A stretch of 61,594 nt of DNA from an uncultured Clostridia bacterium. Its GTDB lineage: Bacteria; Bacillota; Clostridia; TANB77; CAG-508. Made by a program: the position numbers and the translations under genes. Each line of letters opens with the position of its first letter. Positions within the stretch are counted from its first letter, which is position 1. Shown piece after piece: positions 18,632-29,923 of the stretch. The stretch lies in contig CALXME010000003.1 of NCBI GenBank assembly GCA_944389395.1, positions 1 through 61,594 on the forward strand, given 5' to 3'. A model generated the notes under the pieces. It ran no database searches, was not told the origin of the DNA, and saw only the letters and a program-made list of their open reading frames with translations.

Positions 18632-19924
18632 TTACAATTCTACTAAAATATGGTCTGTTTCAACCTCTTTACACTTAACCTTTTTTATTTGATTTTCTAT
18701 CTTTTGCGATGTTTTGCAATATGCTAATATGTAATTATCTGTATGCCCATGATATATTCCTTTTTTCTCTTCTTCAAATAATACTTCTACCTCTTTATTC
18801 AAATAACTTTGGTGATATTTTTTTTGATTCTCATCTGATAAATCCATTAAAGCTCTACTTCTTTGTTCTTTTTTATCTCCAGACACTTGCTCTTTCATTT
18901 GGGCTGCTTTTGTTCCTTTTCGTGGTGAATATTTAAAAATATGCATTTTATAAAAATTAATTTCTTTTAAAAACTGATATGTAGTTTCAAACTCCTCTTC
19001 CGTTTCTCCTGGAAATCCTACAATAATATCTGTTGTTAACATGACATCTGAATAAGTATTTCTTAATAATCGTACTATTCGTCTAAACTGTTCTGTTGTA
19101 TATCTTCTATTCATCCTTTTCAAGGTTTCATCACATCCACTTTGAAGAGATAAATGAAAATGATGGCAAATTTTTTCTAATTCTTTTAATCTATTTAGAA
19201 ATTCCTCAGTGATTAAAAGAGGTTCTAAAGAACCTAATCTAATTCTCTTAATTCCTTCTATTGTATTTATTTCTTCTAATAAATCAATTAATTGATAAGC
19301 ATCTTGAAAATCTTTTCCATAAGATGCGATATGAATTCCTGTTATAACAACTTCTTGAATTCCTTTTTTTGCTATTTGTCTAATTTCTGAAAGAATATTT
19401 TCTGGTTTTCTACTTCTTATTCTCCCTCTTGCATAAGGAATAATACAATAAGAACAAAATCGATTACAACCATCTTGTACTTTAATAACAGCTCTTGTTT
19501 TTTCTGTATATACAACATTTCCAAAATCCACAAAATCTCTTTGTTTCATCACATCATCAATACTACTATTAACAGTATTATTTTTAAACCATTCTTCTAT
19601 ATATTTTACAATTTCTTTTTTCTCATTATTTCCTAATGCTAAGTCTATTTCTTCTATTTGTTCTACATCTTCTTTTGCCACTTGCACATAACACCCACAA
19701 GCAATAACAAGAGCCTTAGGATTTAATCCCTTGACTCTTCTTAACATTTGTCTTGATTTTCTATCTGATATATTGGTTACAGTACATGTATTTACAATAT
19801 AAATATCTGCTTTTTCTGTATGTTCCACTATCTCATAGCCATTCTCCAATAATTGCTGTGTCATGGCATTTGTTTCATATTGGTTGACTTTACAACCTAA
19901 TGTAATAAATGCTACTTTTTTCAT
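18632..19924 (-). CDS. mtaB: tRNA t6A37 methylthiotransferase MtaB (radical SAM, MiaB family)
   Basis: UPF0004 N-domain (FITLGCKVNQYE), radical SAM CNRFCSYCIIP, and a TRAM-like C-terminus. Confidence 0.85.
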   Translation of the reverse strand: MKKVAFITLGCKVNQYETNAMTQQLLENGYEIVEHTEKADIYIVNTCTVTNISDRKSRQMLRRVKGLNPKALVIACGCYVQVAKEDVEQIEEIDLALGNNEKKEIVKYIEEWFKNNTVNSSIDDVMKQRDFVDFGNVVYTEKTRAVIKVQDGCNRFCSYCIIPYARGRIRSRKPENILSEIRQIAKKGIQEVVITGIHIASYGKDFQDAYQLIDLLEEINTIEGIKRIRLGSLEPLLITEEFLNRLKELEKICHHFHLSLQSGCDETLKRMNRRYTTEQFRRIVRLLRNTYSDVMLTTDIIVGFPGETEEEFETTYQFLKEINFYKMHIFKYSPRKGTKAAQMKEQVSGDKKEQRSRALMDLSDENQKKYHQSYLNKEVEVLFEEEKKGIYHGHTDNYILAYCKTSQKIENQIKKVKCKEVETDHILVEL

Positions 19925-19925
19925 T

Positions 19926-20927
19926 TTACTTTCCTTCTAAAATATCTAAATTATCTAATGCTTTACCTGTTCCTAAAGCCACACAAGAAACTGTATCTTG
20001 TGCAATCATAACATTAATTCCTGTTTTTTCTTGTAATAGTTTATCTAAACCATCTATTAAACATCCTCCACCTGTCATATAGATTCCTCTATCACTTATA
20101 TCTGCTGCCAATTCTGGTGGTGTTCTTTCTAATACAGAATGTACAGCATCTACAATCATCATTGCAGGTTCTATCAAAGCCTCTAACATTTCACTTGAAT
20201 GTATTGTTATTGTTTTTGGCAAACCTGTTATCAAATCTCTTCCTCTGATATCCATCTCAACATCTTGTATTTTAGGATATACACATCCTATATTAACTTT
20301 TAAATCCTCTGCTGTTCTTTCTCCTATCATAACATTATGTTTTTTCTTTATATATTTTACAATATATTCGTCAAATTTATCTCCTGCTACTTTTAAAGAA
20401 GTACTAACAACAGAACCACCTAAAGAAATAACTGCTATATCTGTTGTTCCACCACCAATATCTACTACCATATTTCCACATGGTTTTGAAATATCTATCC
20501 CAGCACCAATTGCTGCCGCTATCGGTTCTTCGATTAAATACACTTTTCTTGCTCCAGCTTGTGAAGCAGCATCAATAACAGCCTTTTTTTCTACTTCTGT
20601 TACTTGCGAAGGAATACATATCATAATTCTTGGTGAGAAAATAAATTTCCCACATACTTTACGAATAAAATGTTTAAGCATTTTTTCAGTTACTGTATAA
20701 TCTGAAATAACTCCATCTCTCAATGGTCTTGTTGCTACAATATTTCCAGGAGTTCTTCCTAACATTCTTCTTGCTTCTTGTCCTACTGCTAATACCTCTC
20801 CTGTATTATTATCTACTGCTACAACAGATGGTTCTCTTAAAACAATACCTTTACCTTTTACATAAGCAATTACTGTCGCTGTTCCTAAATCTATTCCAAT
20901 GTCTTGACCTAACCCAAACTTAAACAT
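19926..20927 (-). CDS. mreB: Rod shape-determining protein MreB/Mbl
   Basis: DLGTA, VVDIGGGTTD and MTGGG actin-fold motifs. 333 aa. Confidence 0.9.
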   Translation of the reverse strand: MFKFGLGQDIGIDLGTATVIAYVKGKGIVLREPSVVAVDNNTGEVLAVGQEARRMLGRTPGNIVATRPLRDGVISDYTVTEKMLKHFIRKVCGKFIFSPRIMICIPSQVTEVEKKAVIDAASQAGARKVYLIEEPIAAAIGAGIDISKPCGNMVVDIGGGTTDIAVISLGGSVVSTSLKVAGDKFDEYIVKYIKKKHNVMIGERTAEDLKVNIGCVYPKIQDVEMDIRGRDLITGLPKTITIHSSEMLEALIEPAMMIVDAVHSVLERTPPELAADISDRGIYMTGGGCLIDGLDKLLQEKTGINVMIAQDTVSCVALGTGKALDNLDILEGK

Positions 20928-21055
20928 TTACCTCTTCCCTTCTTTTATTTTGATTGTTTCTTTTTTATTACAACTATGTTACGATTATATTACATTTATT
21001 ATAATTTATCAATACTTTTTTCGTTTTTATTTATAATTTTAGTAACCATTCCTTA

Positions 21056-21631
21056 TCAAGCATATAATGCACAATAGATTTCATAATCACGCAAAATCTT
21101 TCTCACATATTGATTAGTTTCTTTAAATGGAATATTTTCAATATCAGAACCATCAGACTTAATAATGCCTTTTTCGAGCCAATTATCTACTGTTCCAATT
21201 CCTGCATTATAAGCAGCTAAGGCAATTCCCTTGTTTTGATACTTTTCTAATAAAGTAGACAAATATTTAGTCCCTACATTAATATTATTTTCAGGTATTA
21301 ACAACTCATTTTTTATATTTTCTTCCTCTAATTCTAGTGCATTTTTTCTCACCACATCTTTTGCTGTTTCTTCCATTAATTGCATTAAGCCAATAGCCCC
21401 TTTATGAGAAGTAGCTCCTTCATTAAAATTACTTTCCGCTTTTATTAATGCATAAATCAAATTTTCTTCCACTTGATATTTTTCTGCATACATTGTAACT
21501 TCTGTTTCATATTTTTTGGGATACATTTTCTTTAGTAAATTATCTTTATTTAAAATAATAATAACAAACACTATTATTAATATGCAACCAATTAATAGAA
21601 TCTTTTTATTTTTTAATAGTTTTGTCAACAC
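21056..21631 (-). CDS. Membrane-anchored lytic transglycosylase (SLT domain)
   Basis: N-terminal TM, then AESNFNEGATSHKGAIGLMQL and AAYNAG motifs. Confidence 0.8.
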   Translation of the reverse strand: MLTKLLKNKKILLIGCILIIVFVIIILNKDNLLKKMYPKKYETEVTMYAEKYQVEENLIYALIKAESNFNEGATSHKGAIGLMQLMEETAKDVVRKNALELEEENIKNELLIPENNINVGTKYLSTLLEKYQNKGIALAAYNAGIGTVDNWLEKGIIKSDGSDIENIPFKETNQYVRKILRDYEIYCALYA

Positions 21632-21655
21632 TTTCTCTCCTTTTCTTAATCCCCT

Positions 21656-24370
21656 TTATTTGCAATCATACCAATTTTTTGCTTCTCCAATATCTGCTAT
21701 TAATGGTACTTTTAAAGAAATAGCAGATTCCATAGCCTGTTTTACGATTTGTTTTGCTTGTTCTTTTTCTTCTTCTGGTGCTTCTAACATCATTTCATCA
21801 TGTACCTGTAAAACTATTTTTGTTTGTAAATTTTGTCTTTGTAATTCCTCATAAACTTTTATCATTGCAATTTTCATAATATCTGCAGCTGTTCCTTGAA
21901 TTGGAGTATTCATTGCAGCTCTTGCTCCAAATTGCCTTACCATATAATTACTAGATTTTAATTCCGGAATATATCTTCTGCGATGAAATAAAGTTTCCAC
22001 ATATCCTTGCTCTTTTGCCTTTTCTGTAATATTTTCCATAAAAGCCTTAATTCCTGCATATTGTTCTAGATACTCATCAATGTATTGTTTTGCTTTTTTT
22101 CTGGAAATTCCTAATTGTTCTCCTAAACCAAAATCACTAATACCATATACAATTCCAAAATTAACTGCTTTGGCATCACTTCTTTGTTCTTTTGTCACTT
22201 CATCTATTGGTGTTTTAAAAACTTTAGATGCTGCTTGTTTATGAATATCTTCTCCTTCTTGAAATGCTTGTATCATGTGTTCGTCTTCTGAGATGTGAGC
22301 TAATACTCTTAGTTCTATTTGAGAATAATCTGCATCAATATATACTTTTCCAGATTGTGGTTTAAAAATTTTTCTCACTCTTTTTCCTAATTCAAATCTA
22401 GTTGGAATATTTTGCAAGTTGGGTTCTGTTGAACTGATTCTGCCAGTAGCTGTTATAGTTTGATGGAAAAAAGAATGAATTCTTTTTGTCTTTGGATTAA
22501 TATATGGTTTTAATCCTTCTACATAAGTAGAATTTAATTTCATTAATTGTCTGTATTCCAATATTTTTCCTATAATGGGGTCTTCTCTTCTTAATTTTTC
22601 CAATACATCTACATCTGTGGAATATCCATTTTTTGTTTTTTTAATAACAGGTAATTTCATTTTTTCGAATAATATTTCTCCTAATTGTTTCGTAGAATTA
22701 ATATTAAATTCTTCTCCTGCCATTTCGTAAATAGTTTTTGTTAATAGCTCTAATCGTTCTGTTAATTCCTTTCCGAAAGCTTCTAATTCATCTTTATCTA
22801 CATACATTCCATTCCATTGCATATTAGATAATACTTCTACTGTTGGCATATCGATTTCTTGAAACAATTTAATAGCATTTATTTTTTCTAGCTCTTTTTT
22901 TGTCTTTTCTTGTAATTGATAAATTGTATAAACATATAAAGTATCTTTATTTTTATTTTCTTTTTGTTTATCTAATTCTTGTGGTGTAGGACTAAAAAGA
23001 GTCATTTGTTTTTGTTCTTCTTTTTCTTCTCCTATCATTTCTTGCAAATCTGTTTCTAAATATTGCATTGCTAGATTTTCTATTTCCAATTTATTATTAG
23101 TTGGATTTAAAATATATGCAGCAATAGAAACATCATAAGCAATTCCTGCCAAATTAATATCTATTTGTTTTAATAGTATATATGCTTTTGTTAAATTAAT
23201 TCCTATTTTCTGAATTTCTTTATCTTCTAAAACTTTTTTAAACTCTTGAATTTCATTTTCTTCTTGTAAAGGAAAATAATAAGCCTTTTGTGTACTTGCT
23301 TGAAAAATACTAATTGCTACTATTTTTTCCTTTATAATCTTTTCTTCTTGTAAATCTTTTTCTGTTCTAAAATAAAATATCATCTGTTTTTCTTGTTGCA
23401 ATATTTCAATCATTTTTGAAACACTAATTTCTTCTACCTGCCATTGTTGATTTTCTACAGATTTGCCTTTTGCAAGATTTTCTCCTCTTAGAGAAAATCT
23501 ATCAATATAACGGTTAAAATTCAATTCTTTAAATAATTCTAAAACTTTTGGTTTATCCCATTCTTCTACTTTAAAATTTTCTAAAGTATCTTCTATTGGT
23601 ACTTCTAAGTTAATCGTTCCTAATGTTTTAGAAAGAAAAGCTAATTCTTTATTATCTTGAATTTTCTCTCTTTGTTTTCCCTTTAACTCATCTTCTCCTG
23701 CCTCTAATTTTTGATAAAGATTTTCAATCGAACCATATTTTTGAATTAAACTAAGTGCTGTTTTTTCTCCAATTCCTGGTACTCCTGGAATATTATCAGA
23801 TGTATCTCCTTGTAATCCTTTTACTTCAATTAATTGTTTAGGCTCTATTCCATAGTTTTCTATAATTTTTTCCCTATTATATTCTTCTGTTTCTGTTTTT
23901 CCACCTTTTGTCCTAGGAATACGAATTGTAACATGGTCTGTTGCTAATTGAAAAGTATCTCTATCTCCAGAAAGAATTGTAACTTCCCAACCTTGTTTTT
24001 CTCCATAACGAGATAAGGTTCCTAAAACATCATCTGCTTCATATCCTTCTTTTTCAATAATATCAATACGCATTGCATGCAATATTTCCTTTATAATTGG
24101 CATTTGCATTGCGAGTTCTTCTGGCATTCCTTTACGTGTTGCTTTATATCCTTCATATAATTTATGTCTTGCTGTTGGAGCTTTTAAATCAAAAGCTACT
24201 GCCATATAATCTGGTTGTACATCTTCTAATAATTTAAATAAAATTGCCAAAAAACCATATACTGCATTTGTATAAGTACCATCTTTTGTCATTAACATTT
24301 TACTCCCCATAATCCCATAAAATGCTCTATTCATAATACTATTTCCATCTATTAATACAAACTTCTTCAA
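21656..24370 (-). CDS. polA: DNA polymerase I
   Basis: 904 aa with a 5'-nuclease domain (LIDGNS, GDTSDNIPGVPGIGEKTA) and pol A motifs (DYSQIELRVLA, RSDAKAVNFGIVYG, QVHDE). Confidence 0.95.
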   Translation of the reverse strand: MKKFVLIDGNSIMNRAFYGIMGSKMLMTKDGTYTNAVYGFLAILFKLLEDVQPDYMAVAFDLKAPTARHKLYEGYKATRKGMPEELAMQMPIIKEILHAMRIDIIEKEGYEADDVLGTLSRYGEKQGWEVTILSGDRDTFQLATDHVTIRIPRTKGGKTETEEYNREKIIENYGIEPKQLIEVKGLQGDTSDNIPGVPGIGEKTALSLIQKYGSIENLYQKLEAGEDELKGKQREKIQDNKELAFLSKTLGTINLEVPIEDTLENFKVEEWDKPKVLELFKELNFNRYIDRFSLRGENLAKGKSVENQQWQVEEISVSKMIEILQQEKQMIFYFRTEKDLQEEKIIKEKIVAISIFQASTQKAYYFPLQEENEIQEFKKVLEDKEIQKIGINLTKAYILLKQIDINLAGIAYDVSIAAYILNPTNNKLEIENLAMQYLETDLQEMIGEEKEEQKQMTLFSPTPQELDKQKENKNKDTLYVYTIYQLQEKTKKELEKINAIKLFQEIDMPTVEVLSNMQWNGMYVDKDELEAFGKELTERLELLTKTIYEMAGEEFNINSTKQLGEILFEKMKLPVIKKTKNGYSTDVDVLEKLRREDPIIGKILEYRQLMKLNSTYVEGLKPYINPKTKRIHSFFHQTITATGRISSTEPNLQNIPTRFELGKRVRKIFKPQSGKVYIDADYSQIELRVLAHISEDEHMIQAFQEGEDIHKQAASKVFKTPIDEVTKEQRSDAKAVNFGIVYGISDFGLGEQLGISRKKAKQYIDEYLEQYAGIKAFMENITEKAKEQGYVETLFHRRRYIPELKSSNYMVRQFGARAAMNTPIQGTAADIMKIAMIKVYEELQRQNLQTKIVLQVHDEMMLEAPEEEKEQAKQIVKQAMESAISLKVPLIADIGEAKNWYDCK

Positions 24371-24384
24371 GACTTCTCCTCCTC

Positions 24385-26083
24385 TTATTTTACTTGATAA
24401 GTTTTATAAATAGTTAAATTATCAAAACTTTCTATTTCTTGAAATTCTACATCTATATCATAATGTTCTTTGATTGCTATTGCAATATTTTCTTTGTAAT
24501 TTTGATATCTTCTTCCAGACCAATAAACATCTCCATCGATTAAATATACATTTTCTTTTAGTAAATCTAGGAAATTGCCATCTAGCTGATATCTCTTTTT
24601 GAAATCTTCATAATTTTGTGTATACATATCCCATCCGTCCTAAAACTCTTAAATTAGAAAAAGCTCCCTTTGGTGGCATTTGTTCTACTGAATAAGCCAA
24701 ATATCTATCTTGCAAAGACGGTACTGTATATAAATATACATTTTCCTTGTGTGAATTTGTTTTGCTAATTAAATCTCTATAATTTTGATATCCATCTAAT
24801 TGATATCCATAATCATAACTATTTCCAACAAAAATACATATCATACATATCATAAAACATAATATTGCACTATTCCTGATATCATCTTTTCTCTCTTCTG
24901 TTTCTTTAAAATTCATAAAATAAATAAGTAGCACTGTCCCTATTACATATTCTGGTATCACAACTCTTAACATACTTCTTCCCATCATAATAAATAAAAT
25001 ATGAATAGCAATTGTTGTAACAAAAATCAGAATACTAAGCATCGTTTTATCTTTTTGAAATAGACATATTACAAACAAAATAAGAAAAAATAGAAATAGA
25101 TAAACAATAGAACCTGTTATTTCTGAAGTAAAACTTTCTTCTATTTGTTTGATATTCATATTAAGATAATTAGAGCCATTTTTTTGAATTTGATTATCTA
25201 ATATTTTCTGCAAATTTTCCCCTGAAAAAATATTTTCATCCCCAAAATTGAAAGTATAAAACAAATAATGGTCATTGGAGGACCAACCTATTTGGTCAAA
25301 TGTTTCTTTATTTTCTTCATAATCCACATAAATAGCATCATGTAAAGTTGTTCTAATTGAATTATACTGAGAATATTCTTTATATACATCAGATTGATAC
25401 ATCATACTATTTGAAACATATACTATAATAGTAATAATAAGATATATCAAATCATATTGCAATATTTTAATGATTTTATCTTTTTTCACTGTTTTTTCAA
25501 GTTTGTTATCTAATAATACAATAACAAAATATAAAGCAAAAAATGGAACAATAATAAACAAAGATTGCATTCTTAGCATAATCCCTAGAGTAAATAAAAT
25601 GAAACTTGGTATGAGTGTTTTTATTTTAGTTTTATCTCTTTGTTCTAATTTATCTATCAAAATTACAAGAGATGTTAGTATCAATAAAGCTGCTACTGAT
25701 GTATATTGTATTAATAATAAAAATACTGTATAAAAAATGGCTACCCATATGGCATATAATATAATTGCAATTCCACTTTGATGTTTTTTCAATATAATAT
25801 TTCCGATTATTGTAAAACAAATAAATTGCATACTTAATAAAAATATGCTATGCCAATTAATCATTGGTAATATTCTAAAAAAGAAACTAATGAAAAGGCA
25901 AAGTAATGGATGTATATATACTCCATGTATGTTGTAGGTACCATCTAGTCCAGAATATAAATTGTAAATAATAAAATCGTCTACTTGCTCATATTTAATA
26001 TCAAATAAAATATTTACTATTACAAAAACAAATAAATTAATTAGGATAACTATCCACAAATTTTTATTCTTTAATTTTTCCAT
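24385..26083 (-). CDS. Large polytopic membrane protein (possible GT-C-like); reading frame joins the downstream 80-aa ORF by a +1 step at in-frame CGG 24637-24635
   Basis: ATG at 26083 preceded by AGGAG. More than 10 TM helices. The 0 frame reads ...SNLRVLG-CGG-MGYVYTKL*. Skipping the C gives ...RVLGGWDMYTQNYEDFKKRYQLDGNF...TYQVK*, which is the listed ORF 24385..24627 in its entirety. Function unknown. Confidence 0.6.
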
Positions 26084-26125
26084 TTTATCTCCTATCAAAT
26101 TCTTGAAACCTTTTTCATCTTTAAA

Positions 26126-26413
26126 CTACAAGCCAAATTCTTTCATAAATCCAATAACATCGCCATTTACTTTTTGAATTCTACTATCATTCATTAATTC
26201 TTCATAAGTATACCATTTATACAAAATACCGTCTATTTCAAAATCATCTAAATTTAATCTTGTATTTAGATGGATATCATAAAAATAATGTACATATTCT
26301 TTTTCTTTTTTTGCACTTTCTGAAAATTTTCTATGCCTTTTATATCCAACACATCTTGCTTCTATTAAATTTTTATCTATTTTTAACTTATTTTGTATTT
26401 TCTCCTTTATGGC
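26126..26413 (-). pseudogene. Start-less 95-codon open frame (gene remnant?)
   Basis: The minus frame is open from just after the TAA at 26416-26414 to the TAG at 26128-26126: AIKEKIQNKLKIDKNLIEARCVGYKRHRKFSES...YKWYTYEELMNDSRIQKVNGDVIGFMKEFGL. It has no ATG/GTG/TTG near its 5' end. Family not recognised. Confidence 0.3.
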
Positions 26414-26438
26414 TTATCTTATGCTTTTGTCACATTAT

Positions 26439-27047
26439 TTATTTCAAATCTTCTGTTTTATATATGCTATATCCTTCATAGTTATAACTTGCATCTATAC
26501 CTTTCATATAAACTTCCCTATCGTTAACTTTATCTGTTAATGCTTTATTTAATAAGAGTTTAATTTCCGTATTCCTTATAGGGCTTCTTTCCATTGCTAA
26601 TAGATAATCTTCTTTATTAACTTTACTCCAATCTACTACTTTTCCTATTTCTTTTTTTAAAATCATGTCTAGCCATATTCTCGTACTTCTACCATTTCCT
26701 TCTCTAAACGGATGTGCTATATTCATTTCAATATATTTATCAATAATTTCTTCAAAACTTGTTCGTGGCATTTTGTCTATTTGTTGCAATGCTTCTTTTA
26801 AGTACATTGCCGATGCAAATCTAAAATTACTTTTTGAAATGTTTTCTGTTCTAATTTTTCCTGCAAAGTCATATATATCTTCAAATAGAGCTTTATGAAT
26901 TTCTGATAATCCTTTAAATGTTCCTACTTCAAATGAATTTAATTCTCCTTTTTCAAATAATTGCTTTGCTTTTAATTTTGTTATTTTTTCCTCTACTTTA
27001 GCAAGTTTTATTGAATCGGTTATTCCTAATTTATTTTTTAATACCAT
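26439..27047 (-). CDS. fic: Fic family protein (AMPylase-type)
   Basis: Canonical Fic motif [13 protein letters not shown] prefer the start [11 protein letters not shown] at 27047, which is the typical Fic N-terminus. Confidence 0.85.
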   Translation of the reverse strand: MVLKNKLGITDSIKLAKVEEKITKLKAKQLFEKGELNSFEVGTFKGLSEIHKALFEDIYDFAGKIRTENISKSNFRFASAMYLKEALQQIDKMPRTSFEEIIDKYIEMNIAHPFREGNGRSTRIWLDMILKKEIGKVVDWSKVNKEDYLLAMERSPIRNTEIKLLLNKALTDKVNDREVYMKGIDASYNYEGYSIYKTEDLK

Positions 27048-27094
27048 AATTGTATTATCCTTTCTTGATTTTATTTTGCTTTTATTAGGTGCAT

Positions 27095-27259
27095 TCACAC
27101 CAAATTTTTACCACCTGAGGCAGTTAGTAAGGATTCCTTACTAACTGAATTTTCTTGTAATTCTCCTTCTTCAAATATGTTTTTTATATGCATAGTTATA
27201 TTATTTCGGGTTGTATCAAATTTAAATTAACCAAATTTGTTAAATTCCTTTACTGTCAT
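27095..27259 (-). pseudogene. Remnant of a RhuM-family gene (N-terminal fragment with in-frame stop)
   Basis: My translation is [53 protein letters not shown]. The H.KNIFEEGEL.E.SV...TA..GK stretch is the conserved RhuM N-terminal block, and the rest of the protein is absent. Confidence 0.5.
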
Positions 27260-27274
27260 TTTATTAACATCTTT

Positions 27275-27856
27275 TCAAGGATGATTATCATTTTTAATAT
27301 CACCCATTTTCTTATCCTTTTCAATTTTCTTTTTATACCTATCTTCCTCAGAAAATATACACCCACAATATTTTTGCATATACAATCCTAATTCCCTAGC
27401 TTTTGCTTGGCCTTCTCTAAAGCCAACTCTAAAATCTCTATACACAAAATTCAATCCATACTTTTTAGCCATTTGTTCTCCCAGTAGTTTAAGAGCTTCA
27501 TGGTTTTGATAAGGACTAATTAGCAATGTTGTAGAAAAGCTATCATATCCGTGTTCTTTTGCATATTTGGCAGTTTGTTCTAATCTAACAGGATAACAAT
27601 ATTGTTGGCATCTATTTTCCAAATCACCTATGACATTTTTACAAAATTCTCTTAATCCATAATCTTCTTCAAAAATCGCTTCTACTTGTATAGATTTTGT
27701 ATATTCTTTTAAGGTATCTCTCCTAGCCTTATATTCCATATAAGGATGAATATTAGGATTAAACCAATAAACAGTTGGTTCTAACCCTTCTTCTCTTAAA
27801 GTGTCTATACAATAAACACTACATGGTGCACAACAAGTATGTAATAACAATTTCAT
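27275..27856 (-). CDS. queH: Epoxyqueuosine reductase QueH (DUF208)
   Basis: [15 protein letters not shown] and the C-terminal CGCIFSE cysteine motifs. Confidence 0.85.
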   Translation of the reverse strand: MKLLLHTCCAPCSVYCIDTLREEGLEPTVYWFNPNIHPYMEYKARRDTLKEYTKSIQVEAIFEEDYGLREFCKNVIGDLENRCQQYCYPVRLEQTAKYAKEHGYDSFSTTLLISPYQNHEALKLLGEQMAKKYGLNFVYRDFRVGFREGQAKARELGLYMQKYCGCIFSEEDRYKKKIEKDKKMGDIKNDNHP

Positions 27857-28878
27857 TATGTTTCCTCCATTTCAAAATCTGGTATATTATACCCTAAATG
27901 TTTATATGCTGGTGGTAGAACTTGTCTTCCTCTTAATGTTCTTGCAATAAATCCAATTTGTATTAAGTATGGTTCATAAACATCTTCAATTGTGTCCACT
28001 TCTTCTCCAATTGTTGCAGATAATGCTTCTATTCCAACTGGTCTTCCTGCATATTGCACAATCATAGTTTCTAACAATTTCCTGTCTATTTCATCTAATC
28101 CTAATTCATCTATCTCTAATTTATTTAAAGCATGTTTTGCAATTTTTAATGTAATATTTCCATCACCTAATACAATGGCATAATCTCTTACTCTTTTTAA
28201 AAGTCTATTTCCTATTCTTGGTGTTCCTCTTGACCTTCTTGCAATTTCTTTTGCCGCTTCTTCTTCTATTTCTACTCCCAAAATACGGCTAGACCTTTTA
28301 ATAATTGTTGTTAAATCTTCGATTGTATATAATTCCAATCTACTAACAATCCCAAATCTATCACGAAGTGGTGTTGTTAAAGAACCTGCCTTTGTTGTCG
28401 CCCCTATTAAAGTGAATTTTGGCAAATCCAACCTAATAGACCTAGCACTTGGTCCTTTTCCTATAATAATATCTAATGTATAATCTTCTAAGGCTGGATA
28501 CAATATCTCTTCTACACTTTTGCTTAATCTATGAATTTCATCAATAAATAAAACATCAAATTCAGAAAGATTGGTTAATAAAGCTGCTAAATCTCCTGGT
28601 TTTTCTATCGCAGGACCTGATGTGATTTTAATATTAGAATTCATTTCATTAGAAATAATATTAGACAATGTTGTTTTTCCAAGTCCTGGTGGTCCATATA
28701 GTAAAACATGGTCTAATGGCTCCCCTCTTTTTTTGGCAGCTTCTATATATACTTTCATATTTTCTTTTACTTTATCTTGTCCAATATATTCATCTAATGT
28801 TTTTGGTCTTAAAGAATTTTCTAATCTTTCCTCACTAGCATCTTCTAATTCTGGATTAATAATTCTTTCTTCTTCCAT
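27856..28878 (-). CDS. ruvB: Holliday junction branch migration helicase RuvB
   Basis: [27 protein letters not shown], and the RGTPRI sensor. Confidence 0.95.
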   Translation of the reverse strand: MEEERIINPELEDASEERLENSLRPKTLDEYIGQDKVKENMKVYIEAAKKRGEPLDHVLLYGPPGLGKTTLSNIISNEMNSNIKITSGPAIEKPGDLAALLTNLSEFDVLFIDEIHRLSKSVEEILYPALEDYTLDIIIGKGPSARSIRLDLPKFTLIGATTKAGSLTTPLRDRFGIVSRLELYTIEDLTTIIKRSSRILGVEIEEEAAKEIARRSRGTPRIGNRLLKRVRDYAIVLGDGNITLKIAKHALNKLEIDELGLDEIDRKLLETMIVQYAGRPVGIEALSATIGEEVDTIEDVYEPYLIQIGFIARTLRGRQVLPPAYKHLGYNIPDFEMEET

Positions 28879-28907
28879 TTAAGACATCCTTTCTTTTTAT
28901 TGCAATA

Positions 28908-29897
28908 CTATCTTTTGCCTAACATTTTTAATATTTTATATCTGATAGAAAATATTATTTTTGCTATAAATGGCAAATTTAAAATTACAAAATTTTCTAT
29001 AAAATATAAAAATGTTTCTTCTTTATATAACTCGTAAAATATTTTCCACCCTTTAAAATTAAATGTTTTTATCTTTTGCAGTCTTTGATAATATGCTAAA
29101 GCCTCTTTATTCTGTTTTTTCAAAAAATCCGGAAATTGTTGTTCATTTTCTACATAGGTTGTAAATATTCCTAATTTAACTTCTATAAATAAATTTCTTA
29201 CTTGTTCTAGTTTTTTAAATTTATAAGATTCTTTTCCTGTCCCTACTTGATTATCCCCATGTTGTCTATATTGGATATAAGGTTCTTTTTGATATCCTAC
29301 CTTACCATTAATAGCAACAATTAAAGCAATCCAATAGTCATGTATCATATATTTAGAAGATTTTGGTAATGGCAATATTTTATCTAAATATTTTTTCTTA
29401 GATAAAATCGTACATCCTGTCACACAATTATATAAATATTGCAATTTATAACTTCCTATACATCTATCTATTTTTCTATCTATTTTCATATATTTATCAA
29501 ATGATTTATATATGGTATTTAAATTTTCATCTACTACTTCTAAATCACCAAATACCAAATCTAACTCTTCGTTTTTCAATTTTTCTACTGATTTTTCAAT
29601 TTTTTCTTTTTTCCAAACATCATCTTGGTCAGAAAGCATATATAAATCATTTTCTACTTTTTCTAATAAAAACTCAAAATTTCTAACATATCCTAAATTT
29701 TTTTCTTGATAAAATATTTTTATTCTATCATCTTTTTCATATTGTTTTAATATTTCTCTTGTTTTATCTGTTGAACAATCATCTGAAATAATTAATTGTA
29801 TATTTTGATAAGTCTGATTTAAGATACTATCTATTTGTTCTTTTAAGTATTTTTCTCCATTATATGTTGCCATTAATACATCTATTTTTTCTTGCAT
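28908..29897 (-). CDS. Family 2 glycosyltransferase
   Basis: IDVLMATYNGEKYLKEQIDSILNQTY...ISDDCSTD...DQDD (GT2 DxD region). Confidence 0.8.
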   Translation of the reverse strand: MQEKIDVLMATYNGEKYLKEQIDSILNQTYQNIQLIISDDCSTDKTREILKQYEKDDRIKIFYQEKNLGYVRNFEFLLEKVENDLYMLSDQDDVWKKEKIEKSVEKLKNEELDLVFGDLEVVDENLNTIYKSFDKYMKIDRKIDRCIGSYKLQYLYNCVTGCTILSKKKYLDKILPLPKSSKYMIHDYWIALIVAINGKVGYQKEPYIQYRQHGDNQVGTGKESYKFKKLEQVRNLFIEVKLGIFTTYVENEQQFPDFLKKQNKEALAYYQRLQKIKTFNFKGWKIFYELYKEETFLYFIENFVILNLPFIAKIIFSIRYKILKMLGKR

Positions 29898-29923
29898 TTT
29901 AATTTTTCACCATCCACTATTAT

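Noticed and set aside
24385-24627. 80-aa ORF as an independent gene
   Set aside because: It has no RBS, overlaps the upstream stop, and is exactly in the +1 frame after the CGG at 24637. I treat it as the C-terminus of the upstream membrane protein.
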